DNA of 64,000 nucleotides from Candidatus Binatia bacterium (GTDB taxonomy: Bacteria > Desulfobacterota > Binatia > Bin18). Made by a program: the position numbers and the translations under genes. The notes beneath the pieces were generated by a model. The model was not told the origin of the DNA. It did not search any database and saw only the letters and a program-made list of their open reading frames with translations. Where the stretch lies: assembly GCA_963664395.2 (NCBI GenBank), contig OY761159.2:3168001-3232000 (forward strand). Reading direction: 5' to 3'. Positions 61,072-64,000 of the stretch are shown piece after piece. Every line of letters starts with the position of its first letter. Within the stretch, counting starts at the first letter, position 1.

Positions 61072-62169
61072 CTAGAAGAACTTTATGACGCTCCGGGCCA
61101 CCCCGCTGCCCTCTTTCAATAGATCGTAGGCTTCATTGACCTGTTCGAGCGAAAACGTCTTGGAGACCAACTCGTCAATCTTGATCTTTTTATCCATATA
61201 CATGTCGAGCAGGCGGGGCATGTCGACGCGGGGGCGGGTCGAACCGTAGTACGAGCCCTGAATACGCTTTTCCATCAAACAAAAGATGTTCGGGTTGAGC
61301 GAGATGCGCGCGCCGTTGGGCGACACGCCGACTACCGTACATAACCCGCCCCGGCCTGTCATCTTAAAGGCAAGCTCGATCGTCTTGGCCGTACTGATAA
61401 CCTCAAAGGCGTAATCCGCGCCCCGTCCACCGGTCAGTTCCATAACGGTTTTGAACGGATCGTCCTGGCCGGGGTTGATGGTATGCGTGGCGCCGAAGGT
61501 CTTGGCAAACTCCAGTTTTGAGTCCAACAGATCGACCGCAATAACCTGCCGCGCCCCGGACAGGGCACAGCCCTGAATGACGTTGAGGCCCACCCCGCCA
61601 CAGCCGATGACAACCGTGGAAGAGCCGGGCTGAACATTGGCGGTGTTGATGGCCGCGCCAACCCCGGTCATGGTCCCGCAGCCCACAAAACACGCTCGGT
61701 CGAGCGGGATATCTTCTCGGATCTTTATGGCACAGCTCTCGTGGACAATGGCCTCCTCTGCGAATGAGGCCGTATACGCAAAGTGGAAAATTTCGTCATT
61801 GTTCTTGCGCAGGCGCGTTGTCCCGTCCAGGAGCGTGCCGAGTGCTTTGGGCCGGGTCTCACACAAATGAGGTTTGCCCTGGGTACAATAATAGCAGGTG
61901 CCACAGACCGGGTTGAAAGACAGCACGACATGATCGCCTTCTTTGACCGAGGTCACGCCTGCGCCAACCTCAGCCACCACCCCGGCACCCTCATGACCCA
62001 GAACCATGGGCAGCGGCATCCGCATATCGCCGGTCATCACGTGCAAATCACTATGACAGGCGCCGTTGGCCGCCACCTTGACCTTGACCTCTCCGGCTTT
62101 TGGCGGGTCGATGTGTAAATCTTCAATCACGAGTGGCGTGTTCGGCTCATATAACACAGCAGCTTTCAT
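61072..62169 (-). CDS. Zn-dependent alcohol dehydrogenase
   Basis: CHSD, GHEGAG, C..C..C.......C, G.GGVG. Confidence 0.95.
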   Translation of the reverse strand: MKAAVLYEPNTPLVIEDLHIDPPKAGEVKVKVAANGACHSDLHVMTGDMRMPLPMVLGHEGAGVVAEVGAGVTSVKEGDHVVLSFNPVCGTCYYCTQGKPHLCETRPKALGTLLDGTTRLRKNNDEIFHFAYTASFAEEAIVHESCAIKIREDIPLDRACFVGCGTMTGVGAAINTANVQPGSSTVVIGCGGVGLNVIQGCALSGARQVIAVDLLDSKLEFAKTFGATHTINPGQDDPFKTVMELTGGRGADYAFEVISTAKTIELAFKMTGRGGLCTVVGVSPNGARISLNPNIFCLMEKRIQGSYYGSTRPRVDMPRLLDMYMDKKIKIDELVSKTFSLEQVNEAYDLLKEGSGVARSVIKFF

Positions 62170-62340
62170 GGACCTTCCCTCCTGTTGATACAAAATACCC
62201 CATAGGAAACTGAAATGATAAACGGCTCGAAGAGCGCTGTCCAGAAAGCCTCACTCGGTCCGATGCCCTGTTCCCACAAGGACCAGTTAAGGAGGCGGGC
62301 GGGACTTCCATTCTCCCGAGAAAAAATGAATAACCCTGGT

Positions 62341-64000
62341 ATGAAATTCCATCGAAGTCGGCGTGAAGGGGTGCTGCCTTGGGTGGTGCTGCTGTGGGCC
62401 ATGCTGCTGCCGTCTCTCGTGCTCGCTCAGCCGCAGCATACGCTCGAAGATATTACCGTCACCGCTCGCAAGCAGGAGCAACGCGCGTTCGATGTGCCGC
62501 TGTCGCTGTCCGTGCTCCAGGGCGAGGGGCTCGACCGGCTGCGCTCGTCGGGCATGGATGTGCGCTTTCTGTCCAACCGCGTGCCCAGCCTGCAAGCCGA
62601 GTCGTCCTTTGGGCGCTTCTTTCCCCGATTCTACATACGCGGCTTGGGCAATACCGACTTTGATATGAATGCGTCCCAGCCGGTCTCGGTGATGTACGAC
62701 GGGATTGTGTTGGAAAACGCCCAACTCAAGAGTACCCCCGTTTTTGATGTCGAGCGTATCGAGGTGTTGCGCGGGCCGCAGGGTACGCTCTTCGGGCGGA
62801 ATACCACCGCCGGCGTCATCAAGATCGAGTCGGCCCGTCCGACCTGGGACTGGGAGGGCTATGGCCGGTTGTCCTACGGTCGCTTCAACAGCGTGAATTT
62901 TGAGGCGGCGCTGTCCGGGCCGCTGATCCCGTCCGTACTGGCGGCGCGGGCCTCAGTGCTGGTACAGCGTCGGGGCGACTGGATAGACAACACCTACACT
63001 GGTGAGGACGACGCCCTGGGCGGCTATCGTGATGTGGCCGGACGGCTTCAGTTTTTATTGACGCCGTCCGAGAATCTGTCCGGGCGGTTCAAGGTGCATA
63101 TTCGCGACTTCGACGGCACGCCCCGCCTCTTCCGGGCGAATGTGATTAAGCCGGGCCATGCCGACTTGGTTCCGGGCTTCCGACGCGACAAAATCGCCCA
63201 TGACGCTGACAGTGACGCAGGGGTGCGCGGCCACGGCTTCGCCTCCGAATTGCACTACACGCTTGGGCCTGTCCAGTTGATCTCGCTGACTGGTGGGGAA
63301 TGGCTCGACAGCTTCGCAAGCGGGGATATCGACGGTGGCTATGGTGCGGTCTGGAGTCCGCCCAGCGGGCCGGGCCTGATTCCGTTTCCAGCCGAGACCA
63401 AGGACGGGATACCGGCTCTGCGTCAATTAAGCCAGGAGTTTCGTCTGGAACACACGGCCTGGCAGCGCCTGGACTGGCGGGTGGGTGTCTTCTATTTCCA
63501 CGAGGAACTCGACATGTTCGGCCTCAACTACGACACCCTGGCCGGGAATGTGGTGAATGGCCGTATCCGCCATGAGCAACGTACAGAGGCGTGGGCCGTG
63601 TTTGCCGCGGCGACGCTGAGCGTCACCGACACTCTCGAAGTCGCCGCCGGTGTGCGCGTCTCTGAGGACGACAAGGAGTACCGTATTGAACGTCTGCGGT
63701 CGCCTATTGGTGCCGGCCCGCTTGGCCCGCTCCACCAGGCCCCCCGCGACCTGGTGCCGAGTTGGGACCTGAGCCTGCGCTACCGGCTGCGGCCCGGTGT
63801 CCAGCCCTATGTGCGCGTTGCCAGCAGCTTTCGCGCGCCCAGCATTCAGGGCCGGTTGCTGTTCAGCGACGAGGTGACGGTGGCCGACACGGAAGACATC
63901 ATCTCGGTCGAGGTCGGCCTGAAGCTGCGGCTGTGGCAGCAGCGGCTCCACCTTGATCTGGCGGCGTATCATTTCTGGATGCACGACCAACAACTCACCG
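62341..64000 (+). CDS. TonB-dependent receptor, runs off the window edge
   Basis: Signal peptide, LEDITVTARK TonB box, FYIRG.G, DVERIEVLRGPQGTLFGRNT.AG. Confidence 0.93.
   Translation, partial: MKFHRSRREGVLPWVVLLWAMLLPSLVLAQPQHTLEDITVTARKQEQRAFDVPLSLSVLQGEGLDRLRSSGMDVRFLSNRVPSLQAESSFGRFFPRFYIRGLGNTDFDMNASQPVSVMYDGIVLENAQLKSTPVFDVERIEVLRGPQGTLFGRNTTAGVIKIESARPTWDWEGYGRLSYGRFNSVNFEAALSGPLIPSVLAARASVLVQRRGDWIDNTYTGEDDALGGYRDVAGRLQFLLTPSENLSGRFKVHIRDFDGTPRLFRANVIKPGHADLVPGFRRDKIAHDADSDAGVRGHGFASELHYTLGPVQLISLTGGEWLDSFASGDIDGGYGAVWSPPSGPGLIPFPAETKDGIPALRQLSQEFRLEHTAWQRLDWRVGVFYFHEELDMFGLNYDTLAGNVVNGRIRHEQRTEAWAVFAAATLSVTDTLEVAAGVRVSEDDKEYRIERLRSPIGAGPLGPLHQAPRDLVPSWDLSLRYRLRPGVQPYVRVASSFRAPSIQGRLLFSDEVTVADTEDIISVEVGLKLRLWQQRLHLDLAAYHFWMHDQQLT

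Overview
A 64 kb window from a GC-rich diderm bacterium. It is dominated by a catabolic and redox gene set: three CaiB/BaiF CoA transferases, acyl-CoA dehydrogenases, four luciferase-like (LLM) oxidoreductases, amidohydrolases, P450, ccr, tcuA, oxyR-katA, bcp, tpx and a partial TonB receptor. This resembles Binatia/Deltaproteobacteria-type genomes, which is an inference only. Several visibly AT-richer accessory islets interrupt it: (i) a SmaI-like R-M pair plus an OLD-like ATPase-TOPRIM gene (1.9-5.9 kb); (ii) AAA ATPase + DUF4276-like gene (21.5-23.3 kb); (iii) REP-bounded hypothetical/HEPN-like cargo (33.5-35.5 kb); (iv) a retron-type reverse transcriptase with a very compact upstream inverted-repeat ncRNA candidate, facing a broken TIR + DUF3800-like fusion (50.9-53.7 kb); (v) AAA ATPase + PD-(D/E)xK-like nuclease behind a DUF559 relic (58.8-61.0 kb). 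The two best leads are the retron/TIR-DUF3800 locus and a tcuA operon carrying a PrpD-family protein that looks like mammalian cis-aconitate decarboxylase (ACOD1/IRG1). There are also nested REP elements and several pseudogenes. No rRNA, tRNA, CRISPR array, integrase or transposase was seen. All family calls come from motif recognition and recall; no database search was run.
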